Assembly (NCBI GenBank): GCA_937899865.1 | Contig: CALBRH010000006.1 | Span: 1-37,565, forward strand | DNA length: 37,565 nt | Direction: 5' to 3' | DNA from: an uncultured euryarchaeote | Lineage (GTDB): Archaea > Thermoplasmatota > Poseidoniia > Poseidoniales > Poseidoniaceae | Shown: piece by piece, positions 9,837 through 17,098 of the stretch | How the letters are laid out: every line of letters starts with the position of its first letter | Position numbering within the stretch: position 1 is the first letter of the stretch | Position numbers and translations under genes: made by a program | Notes under the pieces: generated by a model | Seen by the model: only the letters and a program-made list of their open reading frames with translations | What the model was told of the DNA's origin: nothing | Database searches by the model: none

Positions 9837-10655
9837 ATGAGTTCTAATGGTGTTAATGTGGGTTGTGAGTTGTACAAGATTATCGTAAAAAAACAGTTTG
9901 AGGATTTCTCAAAATATTATATGGCTGAAATGACATATGAGGAGTTCTCATGCAAAGTAGATATTGCTTATCGAATAAAACATAACTCATTCCCATTACT
10001 GGATGAAAAAATGTCACATAATCTACCAGTAGTTGTTGTTGAAGTTGGTCGAAAACTTATGCAAGAGTTTGATGATTATCTTGCTGAAGAAGATGAAGAT
10101 GACTTTACTGCTTATCATCAAAATATAAATTTATATCCAAAAATAATGAATGGTTGCTATGAGCAATTCATCCATAACTATGATGCTGAATTAAGCTATG
10201 AAGAATACTGTTGTAAGGTTGATGTCAAATACAGAATCAAACATGGTTGCTTTCCTCACGATGATGAGTACCAAATGGCAGCTAGGTTAATGAATTGCGC
10301 AATAGAACTAGGTAAAGAAATGATTAGTGAATTTGACAATTCTATTGATGAGATGATGCATGATGAGATGATAGAATCTGCTGCTGATATCCTTTGGGAC
10401 GCAATAAATGACTTTCTCAATAGCCCTTTTCACAAATTTATTTCGGCAGAACACGGATATCATACGTCTAGAAGATTTCCAAAGAAACTGATATATGATG
10501 AAGAGGTTTCTGCAATGTTGAACCATTTTTCACCTGACGATACTGATCATATTGCTGAGGAAGCGTTTAAGTGGTTAAAGAAAAAGAAATACCTCAAGGT
10601 TGTTGAGATTGGCCATAAGTCAAAATATGACATTTGCGAACTAGCTGATGTTTAA
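9837..10655 (+). CDS. Hypothetical acidic protein with an internal 87-aa duplication (start uncertain)
   Basis: YEEFSCKVDIAYRIKHNSFP vs YEEYCCKVDVKYRIKHGCFP. Confidence 0.75.
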   Translation: MSSNGVNVGCELYKIIVKKQFEDFSKYYMAEMTYEEFSCKVDIAYRIKHNSFPLLDEKMSHNLPVVVVEVGRKLMQEFDDYLAEEDEDDFTAYHQNINLYPKIMNGCYEQFIHNYDAELSYEEYCCKVDVKYRIKHGCFPHDDEYQMAARLMNCAIELGKEMISEFDNSIDEMMHDEMIESAADILWDAINDFLNSPFHKFISAEHGYHTSRRFPKKLIYDEEVSAMLNHFSPDDTDHIAEEAFKWLKKKKYLKVVEIGHKSKYDICELADV

Positions 10656-10661
10656 TTTCAA

Positions 10662-11156
10662 TCATTGAATAATTAAATCATAAATCGTATCGATTCTTTC
10701 AGCATTAAGGCCTATATCGCCCCAACCCAATCGAGATTCAGAATGTATTTCGAGTAAAGAATCGCTATCTGTACCTTGGATTGAAACTACTACATCATCA
10801 GGAAACTGCCAGAAATCTGTGGTTTCAACAAAATGAACATAATATGTATCTTCACCATTATTTTCGTATATTAACTCCAAATCATTAGTATCGATATACT
10901 GTATTAGATTCTCATACATTTCTTGTGAAGGTTTGTCAATAGATGTCGCATATACCTCGTTTAACCGGTAATCATCACCGCCTCCTAAATGCGCACAATT
11001 TCCACTATCTTGATCACAGGTTGGCATTGAAGTGATTTCAGTATCAGGTGCTAACACTACGATACCGATTTGAACTATCAACCATGGTGAAGCAATCAAT
11101 AATCCCACCAATACGACTTTTATCGGTAAGGAGTAATTGGCAAACCTGTTGAACAC
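10662..11156 (-). CDS. DUF1499 domain protein
   Basis: FWQFPDDV...IHSESRLGWGDIGLNAERI; N-terminal TM. Confidence 0.85.
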   Translation of the reverse strand: MFNRFANYSLPIKVVLVGLLIASPWLIVQIGIVVLAPDTEITSMPTCDQDSGNCAHLGGGDDYRLNEVYATSIDKPSQEMYENLIQYIDTNDLELIYENNGEDTYYVHFVETTDFWQFPDDVVVSIQGTDSDSLLEIHSESRLGWGDIGLNAERIDTIYDLIIQ

Positions 11157-11193
11157 AAGTTGAACTCAAAGTCATAATACAAAAAACAGCGTA

Positions 11194-11901
11194 TTAATTC
11201 AACTTAATCCAATTACCTTCTTGATACTGATAAATTATCGGCACACCGGTTGGCACTTCTAAAGATAGAACCTCTTCTTTAGTTAAAGATTCAATGCTCA
11301 TAATAATGCTGCGAAGAGAGTTTCCATGAGCTGCAACAAACAAGTTTTTGCCATTTGATAATTGAGGAATTATATTATTCTCTAGATACGGAATGGTTCG
11401 ATTTGCTGTCAATTCAAGAGATTCACCATTTGGTGGTGGAACATCATATGAACGGCGCCAAATATGTACTTGTTCAGCACCATATTGCTCTCTAGTAGCA
11501 TCCTTATTCAAACCTTGAAGATCTCCATACATTCGTTCATTCAATTGCCAAGAAACATGAACTGGTAGAATGCTTGCACTACCTGCATCACCTCTAATTT
11601 GAGCCCATTCAATCATTCGAGCCTCATTTTGGGAAGTATTGCTTCCATCACTTGGTCCATCATATTGGAAAACTGGAGTTTTACCATGATTGTTTTGTGC
11701 TAAAGCAATCATTGCAGTCATTTGTGCTCGTATCAAAGTAGATACATGAACTTCATCAATATCATATTCAGCAATTTTTTTGCCGCCATCAATCGCTTCT
11801 TCAATCCCCTTGTTGGAAAGTGGCACATCTACCCAACCGGTAAACAGGCCTGCTGCGTTCCACATTGATTGGCCGTGGCGCATCAAAATTAACAGAGCCA
11901 A
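11194..11901 (-). CDS. gpmA: 2,3-bisphosphoglycerate-dependent phosphoglycerate mutase
   Basis: LMRHGQSMWN, LNERMYGDLQGLNK, WRRSYDVPPP, AAHGNSLR. Confidence 0.95.
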   Translation of the reverse strand: MALLILMRHGQSMWNAAGLFTGWVDVPLSNKGIEEAIDGGKKIAEYDIDEVHVSTLIRAQMTAMIALAQNNHGKTPVFQYDGPSDGSNTSQNEARMIEWAQIRGDAGSASILPVHVSWQLNERMYGDLQGLNKDATREQYGAEQVHIWRRSYDVPPPNGESLELTANRTIPYLENNIIPQLSNGKNLFVAAHGNSLRSIIMSIESLTKEEVLSLEVPTGVPIIYQYQEGNWIKLN

Positions 11902-11955
11902 ATTAGTCCCTCAATTTACTCCAAGTATCCAAGAGTCATGAAATTAATGGAATCA

Positions 11956-12789
11956 TCACAAGATGATTGGCAACAATCCAAGAGCAATTATCGGTGCTAT
12001 CCCCATAAACAAATCTCTGATAAATAATATCAACAATGTTTTCGAATTAATCTCTGCAGCCTTATCAAATTCTTCTTGCATTTTGTTATCAACCATATCT
12101 GATAGTTTTCCTGCACCACTTCTTGCAACCTCTATTGCAGCCCCAACTGCAACACTTGACAATAAACCAGCAGGTGTAAGTTTTCGAGCTTTTAAGGCCT
12201 TACTACCCCATATCAACATACTTGTTTTCAGTGCCCTACTACCTGTTTGTTTAGCAATTGTAGCATTGTCATTTACTGGCTTAGAATCATCTTTATCGGC
12301 AAATTTACGCAACCAAGAACGAACTGATAATCCTGTATCTGCTACTTTCCTTAGTTTGGTAACATCATGCTTCTCAACCGCCTTTAACATTCTACGAATT
12401 TTACCTATCCTAAAAATGTCAAAGAAGATCCAAAGAAATAGTAGCAAAAGAAGAATTGTACCGCCTAAATTGGAAACCTCATCCCACTCTTGCCATCCAA
12501 TTGGATCAAATAATAATCGTACTAATAATACAATAGTTGGTGGAAATAGTATTGCTAGAATCTCATTTGCCGCTAGCAAACCAAAACCCCTTACTGGTAA
12601 TTCTCTAACTTGCTTAAGTGCCCATCCTGCATGCGGAGCTAACTTCCTAATTGCATTTCTAAATGGCATTACTAAAAACAAGATTCGAAGTAACAAGGGA
12701 ACCCATATTACGATTGATACATATGCATCCCAAGGACCAGCAGGTGGAAAATCAGGAAGGCTTAGTGGTTGGGTAGGCATCGTCTTCAC
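11956..12789 (-). CDS. Hypothetical membrane protein (start uncertain: GTG 12789 or ATG 12780)
   Basis: Several TMs plus basic helical region; AGGTGA SD upstream of the GTG. Confidence 0.7.
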   Translation of the reverse strand: MKTMPTQPLSLPDFPPAGPWDAYVSIVIWVPLLLRILFLVMPFRNAIRKLAPHAGWALKQVRELPVRGFGLLAANEILAILFPPTIVLLVRLLFDPIGWQEWDEVSNLGGTILLLLLFLWIFFDIFRIGKIRRMLKAVEKHDVTKLRKVADTGLSVRSWLRKFADKDDSKPVNDNATIAKQTGSRALKTSMLIWGSKALKARKLTPAGLLSSVAVGAAIEVARSGAGKLSDMVDNKMQEEFDKAAEINSKTLLILFIRDLFMGIAPIIALGLLPIIL

Positions 12790-12885
12790 ATTGTGATTCT
12801 CACCTACCGCTTGAAACCTACGCAAGATATCCGAAGAAATCATCAAGTTCGACCATTTCGCATGTTCATGGTCTTCACTCATGAC

Positions 12886-13230
12886 ATGTCTGATTGGCTT
12901 GGATTTAATATCAACAAAGAATGGCTCGAAGAAAATATTTCTTGGCGAGATTTTGGCACTGGTGTGCGTTTGGGTAAGTTGAAGCGGGAAGAAAAATGCT
13001 CACTGGTTCTATACGATGCTGATTCAGAAGTTACTGTTGATGCATTCATGCCTCATATGCATCCTGGAGGAGAAGCCTATCTCGTACTTGAAGGAGAAGT
13101 TTGGGATGAAGACGGAACTTATCCTACCGGCTCTATTGTTTGGATGAATAGAGAGACTACTCATACACCAAAAACCAGAGGAAAGACGTTGATTCTCGTG
13201 CTTTGGCCAGAAGGTGTCAAAGCTGCTTAA
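12886..13230 (+). CDS. ChrR-like cupin domain protein
   Basis: PHMHPGGEAYLVLEG...GSIVWMNRETTHTP cupin motifs; start moved to MSDW. Confidence 0.85.
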   Translation: MSDWLGFNINKEWLEENISWRDFGTGVRLGKLKREEKCSLVLYDADSEVTVDAFMPHMHPGGEAYLVLEGEVWDEDGTYPTGSIVWMNRETTHTPKTRGKTLILVLWPEGVKAA

Positions 13231-13237
13231 TCGCCTG

Positions 13238-14734
13238 TTAAGATCTAACCCAATTATCCGGAAGATTATTGTCTTCATAGTCAAAATCATCTAGATGGAC
13301 AACGGTTAATGATAATTTTATTTCATCGGGAAATTTTGATTTGTTTAGAAATTTCTCAAATGATTGTAATAACTCCTTGAGTTCGCCGTTTCCATTTGCC
13401 ACAGTAATTACTTCCAAAGAATCTGGAATATTGTCCAAATCATCAAACTTTTCAATGAATTTACTATAACTTAAATCCATAATATCTTCAACCAATTTTG
13501 TTGTAACATCTTCTCCTGACCAAACTAAATTAGGAATTGGGCTTTCCATCCATGGACTACTAGCCTGTAATTTCACCATATTGTCAACCCACCAAGGACA
13601 TCTATTGAGGACTTTTTTTGCCAAAGACTTTCTTACCGCAATAAAATTATTTTCTTTGAAAAGCAGGGGTGATAGTTCTATCAAATCTCCGTGAATAATA
13701 TTCACAATATGAGGTTGATTTGTTTTGACATAAGACCTAATATTTTGGGGCTTCGTCAATAAGTGATCATTAATTTTAAGCCAGCCGAGGAATTTTTGAT
13801 AATATTCCAAGTCCCAAGTTTTCATTGCAGGAACCAAGTTTGAGAGGTTAACATGTGTGATATCATCTGTTAATTTTTGGATATAATTACAATTCCATAT
13901 GTCCCAAGTGTATGCATCAACATGTTCAAATTGATTTCTACCACTTTCAATTGCAGAATCAATTTGCTGTTTAGTTTGGGCAAACTCAGGTACTAAACCC
14001 CTCATCCACTTTTGGAAATCGGCTACATTGACCTCCTTACTCTCTCCATTATCACCAACAATGTACATACTTGCACTGTATGCTGTCAAGTCTGATGCTG
14101 AGTTCTCGCCCAACCACTCTAACTCTCCCGAATAACTAATATGACTACTCAATGATTGATAAAAATCTAGTAATTTATCTTCAGTTTCCTTGAAAGATAA
14201 TATTCTCTTTAAGTCATGCTTGTGGTCGAGAATAATCAAACCATCTTTCCTAACAAACTTAGATACATAGTCTAAGAGTGACTTTACTTGCTTTTTTCTG
14301 ATATCATCGCCAATATTTATCCAATCAATCCAATCAAGATACAATATATCTACTAACGGTATAGAATTTAGATATTCTTCTGCGTCTGCAGTCACTTGTA
14401 CTTGCCAATGTGGTTGTTTGCTATCACATATTCTGAAAACAGGATGGCCGTCAATGGTATCATTAATCCTCTGATACTTCATAAAATTACCAGTTGTTGA
14501 AACCATTCCAGGCCAAGTATCTGGAAAGTATGGATGCAAATCAATCACTAAATGTATGAATGGATGGTCGAATTCTTGAACAAAGCTCATACTAGCATGA
14601 TAATGATTACCAGCAGCAGGGTGTGCGATAACTAATGGTCTTGACTCATCTATTTTGAGATCGATACCAACGTTTAGGTCTTCATTAGAATGGATAAATG
14701 TCCCATATCTTTCTTTTTGATTTTTCATTGCCAT
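13238..14734 (-). CDS. Hypothetical protein; N-terminal class I SAM-methyltransferase-like region, C-terminal macrodomain-like region
   Basis: LVIAHPAAGN, LVIDLHP, VDILYLD, SKFVRKDGLIILD; IVNIIHGDL and ITVANGNGEL; GAGGTG SD, TGATG overlap with upstream gene. Confidence 0.6.
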   Translation of the reverse strand: MAMKNQKERYGTFIHSNEDLNVGIDLKIDESRPLVIAHPAAGNHYHASMSFVQEFDHPFIHLVIDLHPYFPDTWPGMVSTTGNFMKYQRINDTIDGHPVFRICDSKQPHWQVQVTADAEEYLNSIPLVDILYLDWIDWINIGDDIRKKQVKSLLDYVSKFVRKDGLIILDHKHDLKRILSFKETEDKLLDFYQSLSSHISYSGELEWLGENSASDLTAYSASMYIVGDNGESKEVNVADFQKWMRGLVPEFAQTKQQIDSAIESGRNQFEHVDAYTWDIWNCNYIQKLTDDITHVNLSNLVPAMKTWDLEYYQKFLGWLKINDHLLTKPQNIRSYVKTNQPHIVNIIHGDLIELSPLLFKENNFIAVRKSLAKKVLNRCPWWVDNMVKLQASSPWMESPIPNLVWSGEDVTTKLVEDIMDLSYSKFIEKFDDLDNIPDSLEVITVANGNGELKELLQSFEKFLNKSKFPDEIKLSLTVVHLDDFDYEDNNLPDNWVRS

Positions 14735-15273
14735 CACAAACACCTCTCATGACCCAAGGGGACTACTCTGAAGATTCTCTTAACTGGCCTATCCAATCTA
14801 GTATAATTCTGGACTTTTGATACTCCACCATAATTTGCCAGTTTTGCAGTATCATATATCATGTCCTTGTGCATAGTAACAATGTGAGCAGTACACAATT
14901 TACCATTTGAATCAATATCAAATGGAGGGTCTGTTGAATAAAAAGATACCAAAAATAAGTCTTTGAGTAGTGCTAATTCTTCAACATAATACTTCAATCT
15001 TCTAACATCTGTGTTACAATATGCTAATTGCAAACCAAACGGTTTCAAAGAATCAGACCAACTTTGCGGACATTGTGAATTAGTTACTGCTTTGAAGTGC
15101 TCAGGACTTGCATTAAATCCTAAACTTTCAACAATCATTGAAAGTGTTGTAGCAACACATGAAGGCCCAACTTGTTTCCTGTGTTGGATTTTTAGTCCGT
15201 TGAAATATGTGTCCTCATCACCTTTCCAAATCTTACAATTTTTATTAGGAACCCAATTAGCAATCATTGCCAT
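14734..15273 (-). CDS. Peptidase C39-like (papain-fold) protein
   Basis: Q-x5-C (RKQVGPSCVATTLSM), AHIV His, IYDT Asp; GGAGG SD. Confidence 0.65.
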   Translation of the reverse strand: MAMIANWVPNKNCKIWKGDEDTYFNGLKIQHRKQVGPSCVATTLSMIVESLGFNASPEHFKAVTNSQCPQSWSDSLKPFGLQLAYCNTDVRRLKYYVEELALLKDLFLVSFYSTDPPFDIDSNGKLCTAHIVTMHKDMIYDTAKLANYGGVSKVQNYTRLDRPVKRIFRVVPLGHERCL

Positions 15274-15476
15274 TCCTCCTTGAATTTGTTAGGATAATTT
15301 GATTTTTCACTCATTTTGATTTCTTTTTCATTTGATTGACATAATGGGCAACAGCATTCCACTTTTTCCCATTTTTTGTAATCATCTATCATCAATTTAG
15401 TATATTCAGTTTGAATATCTAAATAATCAACAAATTTTCTAATTATTTCATTTATTTTTATCCTATTTTCCTTCAT
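15264..15476 (-). CDS. 70-aa protein with CCCPLC motif
   Basis: GAGGTG SD overlapping upstream stop; overlaps next gene start. Confidence 0.65.
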   Translation of the reverse strand: MKENRIKINEIIRKFVDYLDIQTEYTKLMIDDYKKWEKVECCCPLCQSNEKEIKMSEKSNYPNKFKEEWQ

Positions 15477-15486
15477 TTTTTACACC

Positions 15487-16251
15487 TCACAAATACATCC
15501 AATCATCTGGCCTACCTCCAGGCCATTTCTCCTCAAACTCTTCTGCAAATTTTCTTCTATCGACTTCTTGCTGATAGATTATGTTCCAAACCTCTTCATC
15601 TTCAACAAGAAGTTGGATCATTAACAGTAATGATTCTGGAAATGTTTCTCCTTGTGGATTAATGTGTACATCTTGAAATTCCATATCTTGATATTTTGGC
15701 ATGTGTTTAGGAAAGCTAGAGAATCCAAAACCTGTTTTTTCTGAATTAGTCTCTATTTCCCAAGTTGCTACAGTTGCTTCTAAATTTGCAATATGGTTAC
15801 CTAATATGTGCTTATTCCTAGCCCCATTTCTGATGTTCCTTAATGCCGCGTAATGCTCATCCAAAGTATTGGGCGGCAGCCATCTATGGAATTCTAAACT
15901 AATATCGAACCTGAACCTTGAACCATGTTGTCCAATAACCGTGAAAGTATTTTCTTCGATTTCAATCGCATCTGTTTTAGAAATATATTGAGCCAATTTA
16001 AGCCAATCTTTCTTTAATTGTTCAGTTTCTTCATCTGTCAATATAGGTTTTTTATCCCATGATGAAGGAATGTAACCCAATGGTAACAAAATTAGTTTCA
16101 AATCACCTAATTCGTTTGGCCATTTAGTCCATTTACCTTTGACATTAGGATTGTTCTTGTTCCATGCTTCAATAATATGAAATTGAAATTTAGCAGAATC
16201 TATGTCTATATCCCAGTCGATTTCATCCCAGCCGTTAAATTCTCTACTCAT
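15487..16251 (-). CDS. Hypothetical Trp-rich acidic protein
   Basis: 254-aa ORF, ATGA overlap with the GNAT stop; no family recognised. Confidence 0.75.
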   Translation of the reverse strand: MSREFNGWDEIDWDIDIDSAKFQFHIIEAWNKNNPNVKGKWTKWPNELGDLKLILLPLGYIPSSWDKKPILTDEETEQLKKDWLKLAQYISKTDAIEIEENTFTVIGQHGSRFRFDISLEFHRWLPPNTLDEHYAALRNIRNGARNKHILGNHIANLEATVATWEIETNSEKTGFGFSSFPKHMPKYQDMEFQDVHINPQGETFPESLLLMIQLLVEDEEVWNIIYQQEVDRRKFAEEFEEKWPGGRPDDWMYL

Positions 16252-16682
16252 TCGAAAAACCTCCTTGTTGGAACTTTTCTATCCGAATGGCATACCTTGC
16301 ATGTAGTATTGATACAAGGCCATGGATAATCATTAGCAATAATGTCAATTTTTCCTCTTTCTTTCATTTTCTCCCAAAAGCCTCTACTACAATTCCAAGT
16401 ATCTACCCAAATAATGTAATTTGGGAAAGCCTTCCTAATATCTTCTACCATATTTGAACCATGACCTGATTGTCTTTTAGAGGGAAGATGGACTTTGAAA
16501 TTGCTAATTTCCACATAGTTTTCTTCAATGGTCACACAGCAATTTGACACTGGCATTCTGCCTTTGTAAATCCAGCAATTTTCTTTTCTAGGGTGTTCAC
16601 AAAATGGACCTATTCCGTTCATTGAAACGGCATCTTCGTCTATTTTGCACGCTTGCATTTTATTTTTTATTTTCATTTTCAT
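16248..16682 (-). CDS. GNAT-family acetyltransferase with Cys-rich termini (144 aa)
   Basis: Motif A KRQSGHGSNMV, motif B SRGFWEKM; AGGTGA SD; the ORF-track extension to 16772 is tRNA sequence. Confidence 0.75.
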   Translation of the reverse strand: MKMKIKNKMQACKIDEDAVSMNGIGPFCEHPRKENCWIYKGRMPVSNCCVTIEENYVEISNFKVHLPSKRQSGHGSNMVEDIRKAFPNYIIWVDTWNCSRGFWEKMKERGKIDIIANDYPWPCINTTCKVCHSDRKVPTRRFFE

Positions 16683-16696
16683 TTTATCACCTAAAT

Positions 16697-16771
16697 TGGT
16701 TGAGACACTGGGAATCGAACCCAGATCTGTAGGTCCGCAGCCTACTATGCTATCCATTACACCATGTCCCA
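16697..16771 (-). tRNA. tRNA-Arg(GCG), CCA encoded
   Basis: TGGGACA/TGTCTCA acceptor stem; D-arm GTGT-AATGGATA-GCAT; anticodon arm GTAGG-CTGCGGA-CCTAC; T-arm CTGGG-TTCGATT-CCCAG; ACCA end. Confidence 0.92.
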
Positions 16772-16781
16772 TTGATCGTAA

Positions 16782-16856
16782 TGGCGGGGGTACCCGGAGT
16801 CGAACCGAGATCTAAGGATTCGAAATCCTCTATGCTATCCATTACACCATACCCCC
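16782..16856 (-). tRNA. tRNA-Arg(TCG), CCA encoded
   Basis: GGGGGTA/TACCCCC acceptor stem; same D-arm; anticodon arm GAGGA-TTTCGAA-TCCTT; T-arm CTCGG-TTCGACT-CCGGG; GCCA end. Confidence 0.95.
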
Positions 16857-16867
16857 ATCATTTACGA

Positions 16868-16894
16868 TGGTAACTATTTGACATGCAAATAGTC
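16868..16894 (-). other. 9-bp hairpin followed by ACCA (microhelix-like) or palindromic operator
   Basis: GACTATTTG-CATGT-CAAATAGTT-ACCA, 11 nt before tRNA-Arg(TCG). Confidence 0.5.
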
Positions 16895-16920
16895 GGATTA
16901 TCTTGATCGATCTGTCAGTA

Positions 16921-16980
16921 CTAACTACGACGGCGGAATCTCCGCTTCAAAGAATTATCAGGGAAAAAATCAATCCACAT
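16921..16980 (-). CDS. Putative Arg-rich leader peptide MWIDFFPDNSLKRRFRRRS
   Basis: GGTGA SD 7 nt before ATG; Arg codons CGG AGA CGC CGT CGT; stop 64 nt before the first tRNA-Arg. Confidence 0.6.
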   Translation of the reverse strand: MWIDFFPDNSLKRRFRRRS

Positions 16981-17024
16981 TCTCAATTCACCAGTCCGAT
17001 ACAAGGTACCTAAAGTCGGCTTAT

Positions 17025-17040
17025 CGTAAAAAGTTTTCGG
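17025..17040 (-). promoter_or_regulatory. Candidate BRE/TATA for the leader-tRNA operon
   Basis: CCGAAAAC-TTTTTACG; predicts a TSS near 17000 and a ~20-nt UTR containing the leader SD. Confidence 0.45.
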
Positions 17041-17098
17041 TAAAAATACCGTATTTCGGCCATTAAATGTTAATTTTTGCGGGATTACAAAACTGATT

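Noticed and set aside
11963-12796. 277-aa plus-strand ORF
   Set aside because: Antisense shadow of the membrane-protein gene, with no recognisable motif.
16683-16772. 30-aa N-terminal extension of the GNAT ORF (MGHGVMDSIVGCGPTDLGSIPS...)
   Set aside because: It is the tRNA-Arg(GCG) gene read in frame; a proper SD precedes ATG 16682.
13200-16860. Integrated element with attL/attR at the tRNA
   Set aside because: No integrase, and I saw no repeat of either tRNA 3' end near 13230, so I did not call a mobile element.
16921-16980. Leader peptide as ribosomal protein eL41
   Set aside because: It lacks the MRAKWRKKR-type N-terminus, and basic residues are confined to the C-terminus.
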